Positions 16,893 to 17,597 of a DNA stretch of 17,597 nt are shown here, in pieces (the first letter of the stretch is position 1; every line of letters begins with the position of its first letter). Source of the stretch: Synechococcus sp. (GTDB lineage: Bacteria > Cyanobacteriota > Cyanobacteriia > Thermostichales > PCC-7336). The position numbers and the translations under genes were made by a program. Below the pieces are notes generated by a model that worked only from the letters and a program-made list of their open reading frames with translations, had not been told where the DNA came from and made no database searches. The stretch covers positions 1 to 17,597 of the forward strand of contig JBFRWN010000129.1 of NCBI GenBank assembly GCA_051439605.1, read 5' to 3'.

Positions 16893-17435
16893 GGACATTT
16901 TGCGTTCAAGTGTAATCGTATCGGAGTAATCCCCGTCACCATATGTGCTTGTTCGATCTGCAAGCGACAATCGGGATGATCGAAAACCAGCCTTTTCGTA
17001 TGCGCGGATAGCCCGTTGATTGCGGCGCGAAGGACGAACGATAAAAGTTTCCACCGCAAAGTCGGCGTGAAGGTGGCGCATCAACGCAACCATTGCATCC
17101 GTTCCGTATCCATGACCGCAGCAGCTTTGCGATCGCATCCAAATGTCCAATTCCACGATAGATCGTTCGGAATCAAGTCCATCGTAATTGATGTGCCCAA
17201 CTGCTTTGCCATCGACCTCGATGATGAAAGAGCATCCACAGTGAGGTCGTGACCCATCGAAGAAATGCGGTGCGTAATCACCGAAGAACTCATCCCAAGT
17301 GGGAATCGGCACTTCAGGGAATGTAGGCGGTCCCATCATGGATGCCGTGACATCAGATGCGACGAGCCACATGTAGATGTCCCGGCGGTCATTTGTTGTA
17401 GCGGGACGAAGCGTTATTCTCGTGCCACGGATCAT
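16887..17435 (-). CDS. GNAT (RimJ/RimL-like) N-acetyltransferase, gene cassette
   Basis: ITLRPAT, VGHINY, ELDIWM, CGHGYGTDAM, NQRAIRAYEKAGF. ATG 17465 in the ORF track lies inside the upstream attC, so ATG 17435 is preferred. Confidence 0.88.
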   Translation of the reverse strand: MIRGTRITLRPATTNDRRDIYMWLVASDVTASMMGPPTFPEVPIPTWDEFFGDYAPHFFDGSRPHCGCSFIIEVDGKAVGHINYDGLDSERSIVELDIWMRSQSCCGHGYGTDAMVALMRHLHADFAVETFIVRPSRRNQRAIRAYEKAGFRSSRLSLADRTSTYGDGDYSDTITLERKMSV

Positions 17436-17450
17436 GGTCGCTTTCTTTCC

Positions 17451-17537
17451 GCATAACGTTTCCATTCACCGGACGTTAAAACCAATCATTCAAAACAAGC
17501 TCTTAGACTCTGTTCCGGTGCAATGGAATTGTTAGAA
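17451..17537 (-). other. attC recombination site
   Basis: TTCTAAC aaTTCCATT(G)CACCGGA(A)C...GTCCGGTGAATGGAAac GTTATGC; 87 bp; two unpaired bases on the left arm. Confidence 0.85.
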
Positions 17538-17554
17538 GTCATATCAGTTAGACC

Positions 17555-17597
17555 TTAAGCCATAGGTTGAACTGTCAGTTTAAAGCCTAGAGCTTTT
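17555..17597 (-). CDS. 3' end of a probable addiction-module antitoxin (runs off the window)
   Basis: KALGFKLTVQPMA*, similar to the QALGLRLRA end of the antitoxin at 14199; stop 18 nt before an attC. Only 13 residues are visible. Confidence 0.5.
   Translation of the reverse strand, partial: KALGFKLTVQPMA

Larger units (their letters stand above)
13229..17597 (-). mobile_element. Integron-type gene cassette array (integrase not in window)
   Basis: Four co-oriented attC sites (14090, 15571, 16798, 17451) delimiting cassette-sized units with one recognisable gene each, degenerate sites near 13229-13353 and 16594, HIP1 depletion, cassette-typical cargo. Confidence 0.82.

Noticed and set aside
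17436..17465. N-terminal METLCGKKAT of the GNAT ORF
   Set aside because: The ATG lies in the right arm of the upstream attC, outside the cassette.
14090..17537. Reading the palindromes as CRISPR repeats, terminators or MITEs
   Set aside because: They differ in sequence, are 0.6-1.4 kb apart, lack U tracts and TSDs, and show the R/L box asymmetry of attC sites.

Overview
Cyanobacterial DNA (HIP1 octamer GCGATCGC is frequent) in three parts. (1) 1-2880: a HIP1-poor patch with a secreted SH3 + DNase I-like (EEP) nuclease gene among gene remnants (TPR-like tail, cupin N-terminus, internally deleted SDR). (2) 3046-12442: HIP1-rich native-looking genes: secreted two-repeat protein + amidoligase + uraD; a small cyanobacterial protein; CHAD protein + atypical pyruvate kinase; potassium-channel and IS630 remnants; DUF3124-cvrA-TerC cluster; an alkaline-phosphatase-family protein lacking its metal ligands. 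(3) ~12550-17597: an integron-type gene-cassette array on the minus strand that the ORF track does not show. It has four clear attC sites plus degenerate or collapsed ones. The cassettes carry an antitoxin (cut by the window edge), a GNAT acetyltransferase, an inverted glycerophosphodiester phosphodiesterase, an antitoxin split by a complete IS4-family element (20-bp IRs, 9-bp TSD) and a decayed YaaC-like gene, followed by a membrane protein. No integrase is in the window; from the polarity it would lie beyond the right edge. Family assignments come from motif recognition, not database searches.
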